Of a stretch of DNA of 64,000 nucleotides, positions 26,952 to 37,948 are shown piece by piece (the stretch's first letter is position 1; each line of letters starts with the position of its first letter). The notes under the pieces were generated by a model that saw only the letters and a program-made list of their open reading frames with translations, made no database searches and was not told where the DNA came from. This DNA is from Polyangiales bacterium (lineage in GTDB: Bacteria > Myxococcota_A > Polyangia > Polyangiales > Polyangiaceae), in assembly GCA_038246305.1 (NCBI GenBank), contig JBBRRP010000009.1, positions 1,076 through 65,075 of the forward strand. The letters run 5' to 3'. The translations under genes were made by a program, and so were the position numbers.

Positions 26952-28664
26952 ATGGCACAACCTGCACCCCGACCCACCCGCACCAAAGCCAGCGATGATC
27001 CAGCTCTGGGCAAAGTCATTGCCGGCCGCTACCGACTTGAAGCTCGGATCGGCGAAGGCGGTATGGGCATCGTCTATCGCGCCCGACACGTGCTCATCGA
27101 CCGAGTCGTGGCCGTCAAGCTGATCCGCCCTGATCTCCGCGGCGAAACACACCTCCGCGCCTGGATGCTCAGGGAAGCACGTGCCGCCAACCGCGTGGAC
27201 CATGCGCACATCATCGACATCCACGATATCGGTGAAACCGACGATGGCGAGCTCTACTTGGTCATGGAGTACCTGGTGGGGACGGCCCTTTCCACGGAGA
27301 TTGGCCGCGGGCAGATGCCGATTCAGCGCGCCGTTGATATCCTTGAGCAAATGGGTGCGGCTCTATCGCGCGCACACGATTTGGGTGTGGTTCATCGCGA
27401 TCTCAAGAGCGACAATATTCTGCTCACCGCACGCGGTGGCCGAAAAGATTTCGTTAAAATTCTGGACTTCGGCTTGGCCGCATTGGCGCACGATCCGCGG
27501 CTTGCACCCAAAGGGGCGGTCTTTGGTACCCCCGAATACATGTCTCCGGAGCAGGCCCGTGGTGAACAAGCGGGGCCTCATTCCGATCTGTACGCACTCG
27601 GCATTCTTTTCTTCGAGATGCTCACTGGGCAGTTGCCGTTTCGCGCCGCCGATAGGGACACGCTCTTGGAAATGCAGCGAACGGCGCCCGCCCCCAAGCC
27701 TTCCAGTCTCCGCAAGGATTGCCACCCCGATGCGGAGCGCATCATCTTGCGCTTGCTAGAAAAAGAATCGCGCAAGCGCTACCGCGACGGCCATCATTTG
27801 CTCGAAGAGCTGAAGGCCCTACAACGTTCGCTACCGAACACCACTTCCTGGGAAAAAGAGGGCACGGAAGCGCCCGCCATCCCGCCGCCGCCGCCGCCGT
27901 CGCGCTCTGCAGACGTTACCCAGTGGGCGACCCGCGCAGGTTTTTTTGCGCGCATGGTGTCGCGCGCTCATCCATCGGGGAGCATTCCGCCTGAGGTGGG
28001 TTCCGCACTCAGCCAGCTGTGGGATGTGGCCGCCAAAGCCAATGGTCTTGAGGGCGCGCTGGCCAGCCACACTCGGAAGCTGGAGGCGCTCGAAAGAAGA
28101 GGGCGCGCCCTCCGCGCTGAAATTGGCCGCAAAGTGGAAGAGCTCGCGCAAGAGGAATCGCGTTCGCTTCGCGAAGCCCCGGCCTACCAAGAAGAGGAGA
28201 ATCAGGCCCAGGTTGAGGCGGATTCCGCGGAGCAAGCAGGAAAGCTCAAACTTGCCGAGGCCAATCAGGCCGAGCGAGCCGGGACGGGAACCCGAGCCAT
28301 CTATGAGCAAGCAGGCGCCGCCGCTGCCTTGATCGAGGCTCGGAAGCAATGGCTGTTAACCCGTAGACAGCGCCGCGAAGGCCGCGAGAAGGTAGCCCGT
28401 GATTTGCGGAGGCAGATCGAGGATCTCCGCGTGCAATTGGCGCGTTACGCCGAAGCTCTCGAAGAAGATCTCGCGCTCGGCCGCGAGAAGGTGGCCACCA
28501 AAACCCGCGAAGGGCTCACCTTGGAGAAGGATTTTCACGACGCTTCGACCACGCTCACCGCTCATTTGAATGGTAAGCCCGAATGCCGTGATCTGATGAC
28601 GCAGCTGATGGAACTCTCCGCCCAGCCCCCGGCCCCCAGGAAGAGTTCAGCCAACGGCGGCTAA
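26952..28664 (+). CDS. Ser/Thr protein kinase with long coiled-coil C-terminal region
   Basis: Hanks-type motifs: GEGGMGIVYRA...VAVK, HRDLKSDNILL, DFGLA and GTPEYMSPEQ. The C-terminal 250 aa are rich in E/R/A/L heptads. Confidence 0.9.
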   Translation: MAQPAPRPTRTKASDDPALGKVIAGRYRLEARIGEGGMGIVYRARHVLIDRVVAVKLIRPDLRGETHLRAWMLREARAANRVDHAHIIDIHDIGETDDGELYLVMEYLVGTALSTEIGRGQMPIQRAVDILEQMGAALSRAHDLGVVHRDLKSDNILLTARGGRKDFVKILDFGLAALAHDPRLAPKGAVFGTPEYMSPEQARGEQAGPHSDLYALGILFFEMLTGQLPFRAADRDTLLEMQRTAPAPKPSSLRKDCHPDAERIILRLLEKESRKRYRDGHHLLEELKALQRSLPNTTSWEKEGTEAPAIPPPPPPSRSADVTQWATRAGFFARMVSRAHPSGSIPPEVGSALSQLWDVAAKANGLEGALASHTRKLEALERRGRALRAEIGRKVEELAQEESRSLREAPAYQEEENQAQVEADSAEQAGKLKLAEANQAERAGTGTRAIYEQAGAAAALIEARKQWLLTRRQRREGREKVARDLRRQIEDLRVQLARYAEALEEDLALGREKVATKTREGLTLEKDFHDASTTLTAHLNGKPECRDLMTQLMELSAQPPAPRKSSANGG

Positions 28665-28677
28665 GCCTGGTTCCAGC

Positions 28678-29220
28678 TCAGCCGAACTTGGACAATCTGG
28701 TGTGTAGGAACGAGCTCAGCTTCGTCAAATTGCGCACATCGCGCGCGAAACTGGGTGGCTCGAACGAATCCGCCCAACTCTTAAGTTCAGCCAGAAACTC
28801 TTCCCGCACTGCAGCCTCCGCGACGATCGCGTCGACACTTCGACCACGCACCGTCACAGTATTCACTCCCGAAACGTAGGCTTCGAGCCGCGAATAATCC
28901 TCGCCCAAAAACTCACGGATCAGGTGCGCTTCTTCGCTCAGCTTCGCCAGCACGTCACTCTTGGCCTTGAGCTCTTGCGGAAGGCGAGTGACCGCAACAC
29001 GCAGCACAAAGGCGTCATCAACGAAGCCAAGATCTTCAATGCCATCCGGGATCAGATCAAGCGAGCGAAACAGGTAGTTCAAAGCTCCCGCTATGGTGAA
29101 TGCCGCTGGTGAATCAGAAGTTACCTCAATCAGTACGGCGGCCAGGCCTCGCACATCCTCCGGCAGACGTTTGAGCCAAATCGGAAAAGCGTCCAGAAAC
29201 TGTGTTTGCTGAGGAGTCAT
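28678..29220 (-). CDS. DUF1232 (YkvA-like) domain protein
   Basis: ALNYLFRSLDLIPDGIEDLGFVDDAFVLRVAV matches the Y....DLIPD...G..DD signature as I remember it. Confidence 0.55.
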   Translation of the reverse strand: MTPQQTQFLDAFPIWLKRLPEDVRGLAAVLIEVTSDSPAAFTIAGALNYLFRSLDLIPDGIEDLGFVDDAFVLRVAVTRLPQELKAKSDVLAKLSEEAHLIREFLGEDYSRLEAYVSGVNTVTVRGRSVDAIVAEAAVREEFLAELKSWADSFEPPSFARDVRNLTKLSSFLHTRLSKFG

Positions 29221-29264
29221 GGTAAGCGCCTCTTCTTAGCATTTCTAACCGGCACGCCGAAAGT

Positions 29265-30293
29265 TCAAAATCCCTCGCCACACAGCAAACGCAGCGCATT
29301 GTTGCTGAAGATATTGTGAACGCTCGCTTCGCTCAATCCAGCCTTGATTAGCGCCCGCGCCAGGTGCGGATAGCTGGCGGCGTCGGTCAAACCAACCGCA
29401 GGGCGAATATCCCCTTCGAAATCGGAACCGAGCGCCACATGGCGCTCCCCAACCACAGAGATAGTGTACTTCACTTGGGCCACCACATCATCGAGTGTGG
29501 CGGGCCTGCCACGCACCACGAAGGGCTGATGGAAATTCATACCCACCACGCCGCCCGTCTTGGCAATGGCGCGCATCAGCGCATCCGTCAGATTTCGAGA
29601 ATTCTTGGCAAGGGCCCGCGCATTGGAATGAGTGGCTATCACCACTGCGCCGATTTCTCCCGCGTATTGGGTCGCTTCCGCGATCGCGTCATCGGAAGCG
29701 TGAGAAACATCGATCAGCCCGCCAACTTTGGCAATTTCGCGCATCACCGCCCGGCCTCTCTGCGTGATACCAAAATCGTGCGGCACCGCGGCAGAACTCA
29801 TGAGCGCGTTGTTCTCGTTATGCACCAGGCCAAAAATTCGCACGCCCCTCAGCGCCCATTTGGCGACGTCCTCTGGCCCTAGTGGGCCAACACCCTCAAA
29901 CGAAAACCATGTTTTCACGCGCCCCGGACGCGCGTAGCAGCCCGGCGGCATGAACACCGAATGCCGAATCAATTGCTCAAAAACGCGCGCATAGCTGAGC
30001 TCAAAATCCGACAATTGGCGCCCGGTTGCGCGCACGCGCTGAGGCACAAAAAGCGGCAAAACAACGCCTTCCACCCCACCGCGCGTCAGCTTATCCAGCG
30101 AGAATTGCCCCGAGCCCTCGTTGAACGCCCGTCCTTGATACACCAACTGATAAGGAAGGTCGACGTGAAGATCCACCACTTGGAACACACCACCTTCCGC
30201 CTCTGCCGGTCTGCCTACAGCTGCCAAAACAGCCACCGCGCCCAACACAAGGCCAATCCAAGTCAACAGCGGGCGCAACTTGGCTTCATCCAC
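29265..30293 (-). CDS. Membrane dipeptidase (peptidase family M19)
   Basis: Motifs: VDLHVDLPYQL, GLVHNENNAL, IDVSHASD, ATHSNARAL..NSRNLTD and ALGSDFEG. There is an N-terminal TM/signal segment. Confidence 0.85.
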   Translation of the reverse strand: MDEAKLRPLLTWIGLVLGAVAVLAAVGRPAEAEGGVFQVVDLHVDLPYQLVYQGRAFNEGSGQFSLDKLTRGGVEGVVLPLFVPQRVRATGRQLSDFELSYARVFEQLIRHSVFMPPGCYARPGRVKTWFSFEGVGPLGPEDVAKWALRGVRIFGLVHNENNALMSSAAVPHDFGITQRGRAVMREIAKVGGLIDVSHASDDAIAEATQYAGEIGAVVIATHSNARALAKNSRNLTDALMRAIAKTGGVVGMNFHQPFVVRGRPATLDDVVAQVKYTISVVGERHVALGSDFEGDIRPAVGLTDAASYPHLARALIKAGLSEASVHNIFSNNALRLLCGEGF

Positions 30294-30351
30294 AGTCCGG
30301 CCGGGCTCACCTCAGGTAAGGATTTTCGGCGGCACTCACCTGACACAGTGC

Positions 30352-30930
30352 TCACGCGTACGAGGGAGCGTTGCCCGAGCGCCACTTGATGTTGCACCCA
30401 ACGCTCGGACGCTGTTCCTCCATAGGCGGCTTCTTCGCCAGCATGAGCAACACGGCTTCCCGAAGATCCTTCCCGGTCACCGGAATCCCATTCTTTGGCC
30501 GACTGGCATCGAACTGGCCGTGATAGGTGAGCTTGTGCGCTGCATCAAAGAGGTACAAATCGGGAGTGCAGGCCGCCCCAAATGATTTGGCAATTTCCTG
30601 ACTTTCGTCAAACAGGTAGGGGAATTCGTAACCTGCGCTGGCGGCTTCTTCCGCCATGAACTTAGGCCCATCTTGGGGATGCGTCTGCTCATCGTTCGAA
30701 CTGATCGCGATAACACTCACACCCAAGCTTGAACACCAACGCGCAAATTCAGCAAACTCAACACGAATGTGTTTCACGTAGGGGCAATGATTGCAGAGAA
30801 AGGCAACCACCAACCCAGAACGCCCTGGTGCGTCGGCGTCGGAACGCACAATTTTGCCCGAGACCGCATCGGGCAGCTCAAAATGCGGCAGCGCCGCGCC
30901 TGTGACCATTTCACCATTTCCGCTCACCAT
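30352..30930 (-). CDS. Thioredoxin-fold redoxin (AhpC/TSA-like thiol-disulfide oxidoreductase)
   Basis: Motifs: VVAFLCNHCPYVKH (CxxC) and ISSNDEQTHPQDGP..M, typical of this thioredoxin-family group. Confidence 0.7.
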   Translation of the reverse strand: MVSGNGEMVTGAALPHFELPDAVSGKIVRSDADAPGRSGLVVAFLCNHCPYVKHIRVEFAEFARWCSSLGVSVIAISSNDEQTHPQDGPKFMAEEAASAGYEFPYLFDESQEIAKSFGAACTPDLYLFDAAHKLTYHGQFDASRPKNGIPVTGKDLREAVLLMLAKKPPMEEQRPSVGCNIKWRSGNAPSYA

Positions 30931-30964
30931 GCCTGAGCTTATAGCCCAAGCACGACCCTCACGG

Positions 30965-33418
30965 CTAGTTTAACCGCAGGGGCAAGTTCAGTGTTTGTTC
31001 AGCTACAGATTTTTCATACAGCCAGGCATAAGTTGCCCGACTCGCTAGCACGCGCTTGGTGTAACGCCGTGTTTCGTAAAATGGGATCAGCTCGACCCAG
31101 ACGTCAAAGTCAACTCCAGGTTTCGCCTCTTTCCACTGCCGGGATCGGGAGGAGCCCGCATTGTAGCTCGGGATCGCCAGCAGTGGATTTTCGCGGAATT
31201 CGGTGTTCAATTTAGCCAAAAGTGCTGTACCCAGCCGAATGTTCAGCGCGGGTTTCAGGAGAGATTGCGCACCAAATGGCAAGCCTAACGGTTCGGCGAG
31301 CATCTTGGCGGTGGGCACGATCAGTTGCATCAAGCCAAACGCATTGGCGGGGCTCTTAGCTTCCGCATCAAAGGCGGATTCCTCGCGCATGATGGCGTAG
31401 GTCAAAAATTCTGGGGTGCCACTCCTTTTCGCCTCGCGCTCTACAACGTTCCCAAAGGGCGTCGGGAAGGCCAGCTGCCAAGCCTGCTCCCAATCGCCTG
31501 CGGGCCAGTGCTCCAGCCAGTCGGTGAGCAACCCACGTGCAATGTTGTTTGCCAAGCCCGCCGCGCCCGCTTTGTTATAAAGGAGGGCCACGCCCCAAAG
31601 TGCCCCGGGCGAAGCTTCCGCGCGATCGAGACCTAGCTCTGCAAGTTCTCTCCGTGCCCATTCCACCTCCCCGACGCCTAGCAGCTCCATGGCTCGCAAG
31701 AATCCGGGAGAAGAATACTCGGGCCGGTCTTCAAAGAAGAACGGCTGATCTTCCGCCCGCGCACGCGCATGCGTCAACGCCCGAGCGGCCCGTGGCGCAT
31801 CCGCTGCTCGCAAGCGGGAGTACGCGTGTAACATGTAATAAGAGAGCGGCAATTCGTCGATGATGGCCTCGTATTCAGCCAGGCCGCGAGCGAGCTCGCC
31901 TGTCTCGATCCAGGCACGCGCACTGAAGTAGCGTTCCCGACCAGCAAATTCTTGACCGCGCCCCCGATCTTCATGCTTTGCCCGCTCCCGGACTCGATCG
32001 AGCGTTGCGGCCGCAGCGGGCCAATCATTCTTCTCGATTCGACTCAGCGCCAGAGCAAAAACCCCGTCCAACATCGAGTCACCCTCCGGGTAGTCGTCGG
32101 CGATAGTGCTGAGAAGTTCAAGGAAGCGCGCATCCGAACCCAGCTTCTGATAACTCTGCGCGGCGCGCAGGCGTGCATCATCCGCCAAGCTGCTCTCGGG
32201 CGTCTCTTTCTCGAGTTGTTCATAGGTGCGCGCTGCCACGGCGTGGCGGCCAGCCCCCGCGGAGTACTTCGCGGCTAAATACAGCAATTTTGCGCGAGCA
32301 TCGCGGCTTCCATGGCAGAAGCGTACGGGATCGGCGAGCAGATCTGCCGCTTTGCTAAAGTCGTTGGTGCCGGCCAACGCTTTGGCCTGCAGTACACTGA
32401 CGTCACAGCCCAGCTCCCCAAAACGGGCAGCTGGCTTCAACCCACGGGCGAGCTCCGTTGCGGCTTCGATCGCGGGCTCAAACAATCGGCGCTGCACCAA
32501 AACTGCCAAGGCAGTGTGCAGCTCTTCTACGGACGGCTTTTCGGGGGCAGGCACGTGCTCTTCCGAGAGGCGTCTGATCGCCTGCTCAATGATCGCCTGC
32601 GCGCGCGCAGTGATACTGTTGTTGTCTGGAGCCAAGCTGATCGCCTGACGCCCTGCCCGGATCGCTGCCCGGAGCTGCGTCTCGAGATCGCCGAGCTGAT
32701 TTCCCTGGCCAGCGGCTCCGCCCCCGGGCATTCCAGAGTTGGAGCGACTCGCCGCGAGGTAGAGCACATTGGCGAGGCTCACGAGAAGCTCAGGATCGGG
32801 CGCCGCCACGTCCGTCAGACGGCTAAGCTCTCGGATGCAGTCGCTGGTGTTGCCGAGTTTCTCGTCGATCTTGGCTTTTAGCCGGGCACGCTGCTCAGCG
32901 ACCGCTACTTCTGAGCTTGGCTCCGGGAGTGCGGCCAGTGCCTCCGGCGCGTGATCGTTCGCGAGCAACACCCGTGCGGTCGAAAGCTGTGCATATCGGC
33001 TGAGCTGAAAGCCTGCCACCATTGCCTTTCGAAACTGGGCTTCCGCGAGTGTCAGTTGGCCAGCCTTTTCCCACAGCCGACCCAACAAGAATGCAGCACG
33101 CGCTTGGTCAGTTGGGCCAAGATGCAGCGCAGAAACCTGCGTTTCCAAAGTGCTTGCAGCTTGTTGAAAATTTGAATCTTCGACCTGTGCGCGGATGCTG
33201 GCCAGCTCAGGCCTGGCCAAAAAAGGTGAAAATCGCTGCAAGCTCACCCGGTTTGGTTTGCTTTCGGCCAAGCTGCGACCGATTGGGCCACCGTGGAAGG
33301 GCGGCAGCGCCTGAGGCGCCCCCACTGGTTTCGAACGCACCGAATCGACCACCAGGCAGGCGAGCGCCGCTCCCGCTCCAGTGGTCAACAACGCCGCGAG
33401 ACCGATCAGCTTCCTCAT
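30965..33418 (-). CDS. Soluble lytic murein transglycosylase (Slt70-like) with TPR/superhelical N-terminal region
   Basis: 817 aa. There is a signal peptide. The catalytic region reads AIMREESAFDAEAKSPANAFGLMQLI...IPSYNAG. Confidence 0.85.
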   Translation of the reverse strand: MRKLIGLAALLTTGAGAALACLVVDSVRSKPVGAPQALPPFHGGPIGRSLAESKPNRVSLQRFSPFLARPELASIRAQVEDSNFQQAASTLETQVSALHLGPTDQARAAFLLGRLWEKAGQLTLAEAQFRKAMVAGFQLSRYAQLSTARVLLANDHAPEALAALPEPSSEVAVAEQRARLKAKIDEKLGNTSDCIRELSRLTDVAAPDPELLVSLANVLYLAASRSNSGMPGGGAAGQGNQLGDLETQLRAAIRAGRQAISLAPDNNSITARAQAIIEQAIRRLSEEHVPAPEKPSVEELHTALAVLVQRRLFEPAIEAATELARGLKPAARFGELGCDVSVLQAKALAGTNDFSKAADLLADPVRFCHGSRDARAKLLYLAAKYSAGAGRHAVAARTYEQLEKETPESSLADDARLRAAQSYQKLGSDARFLELLSTIADDYPEGDSMLDGVFALALSRIEKNDWPAAAATLDRVRERAKHEDRGRGQEFAGRERYFSARAWIETGELARGLAEYEAIIDELPLSYYMLHAYSRLRAADAPRAARALTHARARAEDQPFFFEDRPEYSSPGFLRAMELLGVGEVEWARRELAELGLDRAEASPGALWGVALLYNKAGAAGLANNIARGLLTDWLEHWPAGDWEQAWQLAFPTPFGNVVEREAKRSGTPEFLTYAIMREESAFDAEAKSPANAFGLMQLIVPTAKMLAEPLGLPFGAQSLLKPALNIRLGTALLAKLNTEFRENPLLAIPSYNAGSSRSRQWKEAKPGVDFDVWVELIPFYETRRYTKRVLASRATYAWLYEKSVAEQTLNLPLRLN

Positions 33419-33909
33419 GGTTCATACCGCATTCGACTTCGAAGGTTGTTGGCGACGTCTGACGCGTCCTCCTCGGCCAATTCCTGTACACGCGCTCTTT
33501 CCTCACCGCTCCAGCGCTCACGATGCGCCTCCACGCTTGACTCTTCCGCTCGGCTGAGAAGCAGCGCTTGTGCGGCGCGTTCACTCTCAGCCAAGGCTGC
33601 CAGGGCTCCTGCCTGAACTCGCTCCGCCTCCGTCCGAAGGTCGTCGATCTGCGCAGCAACGCCCGCTTCGAACGCGACATTGAGCGCTATGTCTTGAATC
33701 CGAAGCCCGCCGGAGAGCAAGTGCGCCGCTTCGGTCGCTCGTTGCTCCTTGGCCTCGTCGCGCAGCATCGCGAGCGTGCGAAAGGCCTTTTCTGCCTGTG
33801 CCTCGCGGCGGCCCAGCTCTTCCAACAGCAACTGCTGTTCATTGGCCCGCGCCGCCTTGGCCCGACGCTTGAGTTCCAAAAGCGTCTCGAGCGGGTAACG
33901 CTTTGCCAC
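33415..33909 (-). CDS. Coiled-coil hypothetical protein, translationally coupled to the transglycosylase gene
   Basis: 164 aa, rich in E/R/A/L. Its stop overlaps the downstream start by 4 nt. No family was recognised. Confidence 0.5.
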   Translation of the reverse strand: MAKRYPLETLLELKRRAKAARANEQQLLLEELGRREAQAEKAFRTLAMLRDEAKEQRATEAAHLLSGGLRIQDIALNVAFEAGVAAQIDDLRTEAERVQAGALAALAESERAAQALLLSRAEESSVEAHRERWSGEERARVQELAEEDASDVANNLRSRMRYEP

Positions 33910-34021
33910 GGGCCTAGGCTAGCTCGCCCGCGCGAACAGCGCGAGTCACCCCGCTTCACTCCCGGGCCATTCAGAACGCTGTGCCGCGCGCGTCCACCCG
34001 CCATGAAGGCCCCAAAAACCT

Positions 34022-37000
34022 TCAGCCATTGCCTTCGCCGGCGTCACTCGAAGCAGCCGAGCGCTCTCGTTCGGCGTTCCGAGAGCGTGTGTGCCATTCT
34101 TGTACACTCCGCACATGCGTTCGCTCGCCTTGAAAAAGGGCCGCCACCTCCAGTGCATCGGCCACGGCGGCCCCCGCCGCCATCGTGGTGAAGTAGGGAA
34201 TGTTGGAGAGCAATGCGTTCCTGCGGAGCGAGTAGCTGTCGCGGATTGCCTGCACACCTTCGGTGGTGTTGATCACGAGCTGGATCGTTCCCTGCCGCAT
34301 GGCATCCACAATATGGGGCGAGCCATCGAGCACCTTGTTCACGCGCTCAACAGGGATCCGAGCGCGCTCCATGACCTCCGCTGTGCCAGCCGTTGCAACG
34401 ATCTGAAACCCAAGATTGCGAAGCCTGCGCGCCACATGGCACGCCACCGCCTTGTCGTCATTCTTAACGCTGATGAAGGCGCGACCGCGGCTAGGCAGCG
34501 TCTGACCTGAAGCCGCCAGCGATTTTCCGAAAGCCAGCGCGAAGGAAGTGGCTATCCCCATCACTTCACCCGTCGAGCGCATCTCTGGTCCAAGAATGGT
34601 ATCTACTCCTGGGAACTTACCAAAAGGAAAGACGGATTCCTTGACCGCTACATGCGTCGGCAAAGGCTCATCAAAAATCCCCTGTTCATCGAGCGATCTC
34701 CCGACCATGACCTGCGCTGCAATCTTCGCCAACGGCCGCCCGGTCGCCTTCGACACGAACGGCACCGTGCGCGAAGCCCGAGGATTCACCTCAATCACAT
34801 AGACTTTGTGCTCTTTGACGGCGAATTGAACGTTCATCAACCCCACCACCCCGAGCTCTAACGCGAGCGCACGCGTGCTCGCTTCGATCTCTACCACAAC
34901 CTCTGGCGGCAACGAATGCGGAGGCAGCACGCTCGTCGAATCACCCGAGTGCACGCCCGCCTCTTCGATGTGCTGCATGACCCCGCCGATGACGGCTCGT
35001 TTCCCGTCGGAAACACAGTCAACATCCACCTCGATCGCATTCTTCAAGAACTGATCGATGAGTAAGCTATCCGAGCCACCCTCCTGGCGCGCGGCTTCGA
35101 GCGCGAGGCCAACGTAGGCATCTAACTCGGAATCACTCCAACACACCATCATGGCGCGGCCGCCCAGCACGTAAGAAGGGCGCACCAGCACGGGATACCC
35201 GATCGACAACGCGATCTTTCGGGCTTGCTCTAAGCCCTGGGCAATACCAGCCTGTGGGCGCGACAGGCCAAGCTTAGTCAACAGCTCGTCAAAACGCTGG
35301 CGATCTTCCGCACGATCGATGGCATCCGCCGTTGTTCCCAGCAGCTTAACTCCTGCGGCCTCAAGCGGGACACTGAGCCTGAGCGGCGTTTGACCACCAA
35401 ATTGGACAATAACACCGAGAAGCTCGCCGGCTTGTGCTTCTGCGCGGGCGATCGAGAGCACGTCTTCAAGCGTCAACGGTTCAAAATACAGCCTATCCGA
35501 GGTGTCGTAGTCGGTCGACACCGTCTCAGGGTTGCAGTTGACCATGATGGTCTCAATGCCCAACTCGCGGAGCGCGTACACCGCGTGACAGCAGCAGTAG
35601 TCGAATTCTATTCCTTGCCCAATTCGATTTGGCCCGCCACCGAGGATAATGACTTTCTTCTTCCCGGTAACTTCTGCTTCCGACTCACTCTCGTAGCTGG
35701 AATAAAGGTAGGGCGTGCGGGCCACAAATTCGGCCGCGCAAGTATCTACGCGATTGTAGACCGCAAAGATCCCAAACTTCTCGCGCGCGCCACGCACCTC
35801 AGCTTCCTTCTGACCGCGCAAGCGGGCGATCTGAGCGTCGCTGAAGCCGAGGCGCTTACTGTCCCGCAACAACTCCGACTGAAGGGAGGGCGCCGCAATG
35901 AGGGCACGCTCTTGGTCGATCAGGCGCTGAAATTGGTTAACAAACCACGGGTCAATCCCGGTGATCGCCACAACCCGCTCTTCGGAAACGCCAACGCGCA
36001 AAGCATCACCAACGTAGAACAGGCGCTCTGCCGTAGGCACACCGATCAAACGCTCCAGCGCCGTTCGGATTTCATCCTGCTCGGGCGGAGGCAACACCCG
36101 CGGGGCTTCAGCTTGTGGCGGGGCATCCAGGGTCACGTCGCGGTTCGCGATCGGCCCGGTCTTGATCGACCTATAATCCAGGCGATCGAGCAAGCTAACA
36201 AAGCCTTCTTTGCCGGTCTCGAGTGAGCGCGCAGCTTTTTGAAAAGCCTCGGCGAAGGTGCGGCCCATGCTCATCGCTTCGCCCACGCTCTTCATCTGAG
36301 TGCCCAAGCGATTGTCGGAGCCAACAAATTTCTCGAACGCGAAACGGGGCCATTTTACGATAACGTAGTCGATAGTGGGCTCGAAGGCCGCGCTGGTGCC
36401 CGTGATGTCATTTTCAAGTTCATCGAGCGTTAACCCAACAGCGAGCATCGCTGCGACTTTAGCAATCGGGTAACCGGTGGCTTTCGAGGCCAGCGCACTC
36501 GAACGAGAGACGCGAGGATTCATCTCGATGACCAGCACGCGCCCCGTTTTCGGATCGACCGCGAACTGCACATTCGAGCCGCCGGTTTCAACGCCAATTT
36601 CGCGCATCACCAGGCGTGAGGCGTCACGCAAACGCTGATATTCACGGTCCGTCAACGTCATGGCGGGAGCAACCGTTACCGAATCCCCCGTGTGCACACC
36701 CATCGGATCAATGTTCTCGATCGTGCAAATAACGATAAAATTATCGGCGGAGTCCCGAATGACTTCGAGTTCGTATTCCTTCCAGCCGATGACACTCTCT
36801 TCAACTAACACTTCATGAGTCGGGGACTGCTTGAGCGCCCAGCTCACCTTTTCATCCAACTCCGAAGGGTCGTCGACAACCGCTCCGCCTGAACCACCCA
36901 TCGTGAAGCTGGGTCGCAAGATCACTGGGTATCCAGTCGTTTCGACAACCTTCCTAGCCTGCTCGACGCTGCTCGCGTATCCGCTGCGCGGACACTCAAG

Positions 37001-37420
37001 ACCGATGGCGACCATGGCCTCTTTGAAGAGCAGTCGATCCTCTGCTTTGCGAATCGCGTCGACCTGGGCGCCGATGAGCTTCACCCCGTGCCGCGAAAGA
37101 ACGCCCTCTTCGTTGAGTTCCAATGCCAGGTTCAGCGCCGTTTGACCGCCCAGAGTTGGCAAGAGCGCATCGGGGCGTTCGCGCTCAATGATAGCCTCCA
37201 GCGTCGCAACGTTGAGCGGCTCAATGTAGGTTCGCCGCACGAGTTCCGGGTCCGTCATGATCGTCGCAGGGTTCGAGTTCACCAGGACCACATCGTACCC
37301 AAGGCTAGTTAACGCCTTGGCTCCCTGGGTGCCCGAGTAGTCAAACTCGCACGCTTGGCCGATCACAATTGGACCAGAACCGATGAGAAGGATCTTGTTG
37401 ATATCTGTACGACGCGGCAC
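34022..37420 (-). CDS. carB: Carbamoyl-phosphate synthase large subunit
   Basis: Motifs: [26 protein letters not shown] and a second half [23 protein letters not shown], with an MGS-like C-terminus. I moved the start to GTG 37420 ((M)PRRTDINK, the canonical N-terminus). The track start is 37438. Confidence 0.95.
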   Translation of the reverse strand: MPRRTDINKILLIGSGPIVIGQACEFDYSGTQGAKALTSLGYDVVLVNSNPATIMTDPELVRRTYIEPLNVATLEAIIERERPDALLPTLGGQTALNLALELNEEGVLSRHGVKLIGAQVDAIRKAEDRLLFKEAMVAIGLECPRSGYASSVEQARKVVETTGYPVILRPSFTMGGSGGAVVDDPSELDEKVSWALKQSPTHEVLVEESVIGWKEYELEVIRDSADNFIVICTIENIDPMGVHTGDSVTVAPAMTLTDREYQRLRDASRLVMREIGVETGGSNVQFAVDPKTGRVLVIEMNPRVSRSSALASKATGYPIAKVAAMLAVGLTLDELENDITGTSAAFEPTIDYVIVKWPRFAFEKFVGSDNRLGTQMKSVGEAMSMGRTFAEAFQKAARSLETGKEGFVSLLDRLDYRSIKTGPIANRDVTLDAPPQAEAPRVLPPPEQDEIRTALERLIGVPTAERLFYVGDALRVGVSEERVVAITGIDPWFVNQFQRLIDQERALIAAPSLQSELLRDSKRLGFSDAQIARLRGQKEAEVRGAREKFGIFAVYNRVDTCAAEFVARTPYLYSSYESESEAEVTGKKKVIILGGGPNRIGQGIEFDYCCCHAVYALRELGIETIMVNCNPETVSTDYDTSDRLYFEPLTLEDVLSIARAEAQAGELLGVIVQFGGQTPLRLSVPLEAAGVKLLGTTADAIDRAEDRQRFDELLTKLGLSRPQAGIAQGLEQARKIALSIGYPVLVRPSYVLGGRAMMVCWSDSELDAYVGLALEAARQEGGSDSLLIDQFLKNAIEVDVDCVSDGKRAVIGGVMQHIEEAGVHSGDSTSVLPPHSLPPEVVVEIEASTRALALELGVVGLMNVQFAVKEHKVYVIEVNPRASRTVPFVSKATGRPLAKIAAQVMVGRSLDEQGIFDEPLPTHVAVKESVFPFGKFPGVDTILGPEMRSTGEVMGIATSFALAFGKSLAASGQTLPSRGRAFISVKNDDKAVACHVARRLRNLGFQIVATAGTAEVMERARIPVERVNKVLDGSPHIVDAMRQGTIQLVINTTEGVQAIRDSYSLRRNALLSNIPYFTTMAAGAAVADALEVAALFQGERTHVRSVQEWHTRSRNAERERSAASSDAGEGNG

Positions 37421-37611
37421 CGTGAGCGGCCTTAGCACAGGCGAGCCAGAGGACTCTAGCGACCTCCGGCGTCCGCGGTGCCTCGTTCGCTTGACGGTTT
37501 CCCCCTCAGAAATCCCGCTTCGATCGGCCCCGGTGCTGCGTCTTCCCCGCCCTTCCTTGGGCTCATGGACCTGGACAGACCAGCAGTGGTTTTTTGTGCT
37601 CGATCAGCCGC

Positions 37612-37641
37612 TTGACTCGCGCCACGCGTTCCGCCATATAC
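37612..37641 (+). promoter_or_regulatory. Candidate sigma-70 promoter for rpmI-rplT-pheS
   Basis: TTGACT (37612-37617), an 18-19 nt spacer, then ATATAC/TATACG. This would leave a leader of about 85 nt before the rpmI ATG. Confidence 0.3.
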
Positions 37642-37727
37642 GCGCGCTCCCTGCGCCCCAGCCGTATTTTCTGACGCTGGCTCGTAGTGAGAGATTCGAC
37701 GCGTTGAGGAAAGGCCGTAAAGCTAAG

Positions 37728-37925
37728 ATGCCCAAGATGAAAACGAACCGCGCCGCCGCAAAACGCTTCCGAGTGAGCGGTAGCGGGAAAGTTCGTCGCC
37801 CCAAATGCGGAGGGCAGCATGGCCTCAATGGCAAGTCGCGCAAGCGCCGCCGCCGTCTTCGCAACAACGACATGGTCGACTCCGCTATGGAGCACAGGGT
37901 CAAGATCCTTTTACCCTACGGCTGA
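37728..37925 (+). CDS. rpmI: 50S ribosomal protein L35
   Basis: MPKMKTNRAAAKRFRVSGSGKVRR..., 65 aa. Confidence 0.95.
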   Translation: MPKMKTNRAAAKRFRVSGSGKVRRPKCGGQHGLNGKSRKRRRRLRNNDMVDSAMEHRVKILLPYG

Positions 37926-37948
37926 AGCTTTTCGAGAGGAATTGAGCA

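Noticed and set aside
27882-27899. (CCG)6 trinucleotide repeat
   Set aside because: It lies in frame inside the kinase linker and simply encodes a Pro6 run. This is ordinary for Pro-rich linkers in GC-rich genomes and shows no evidence of a regulatory role.
34022-34100. C-terminal tail of about 25 aa on CarB (...[19 protein letters not shown]) as a possible fused peptide
   Set aside because: It is a short, low-complexity extension after the MGS-like domain. Such tails are common and nothing suggests a separate function.
35390-36226. 278-aa plus-strand ORF
   Set aside because: It lies inside carB on the opposite strand. It is a shadow ORF.
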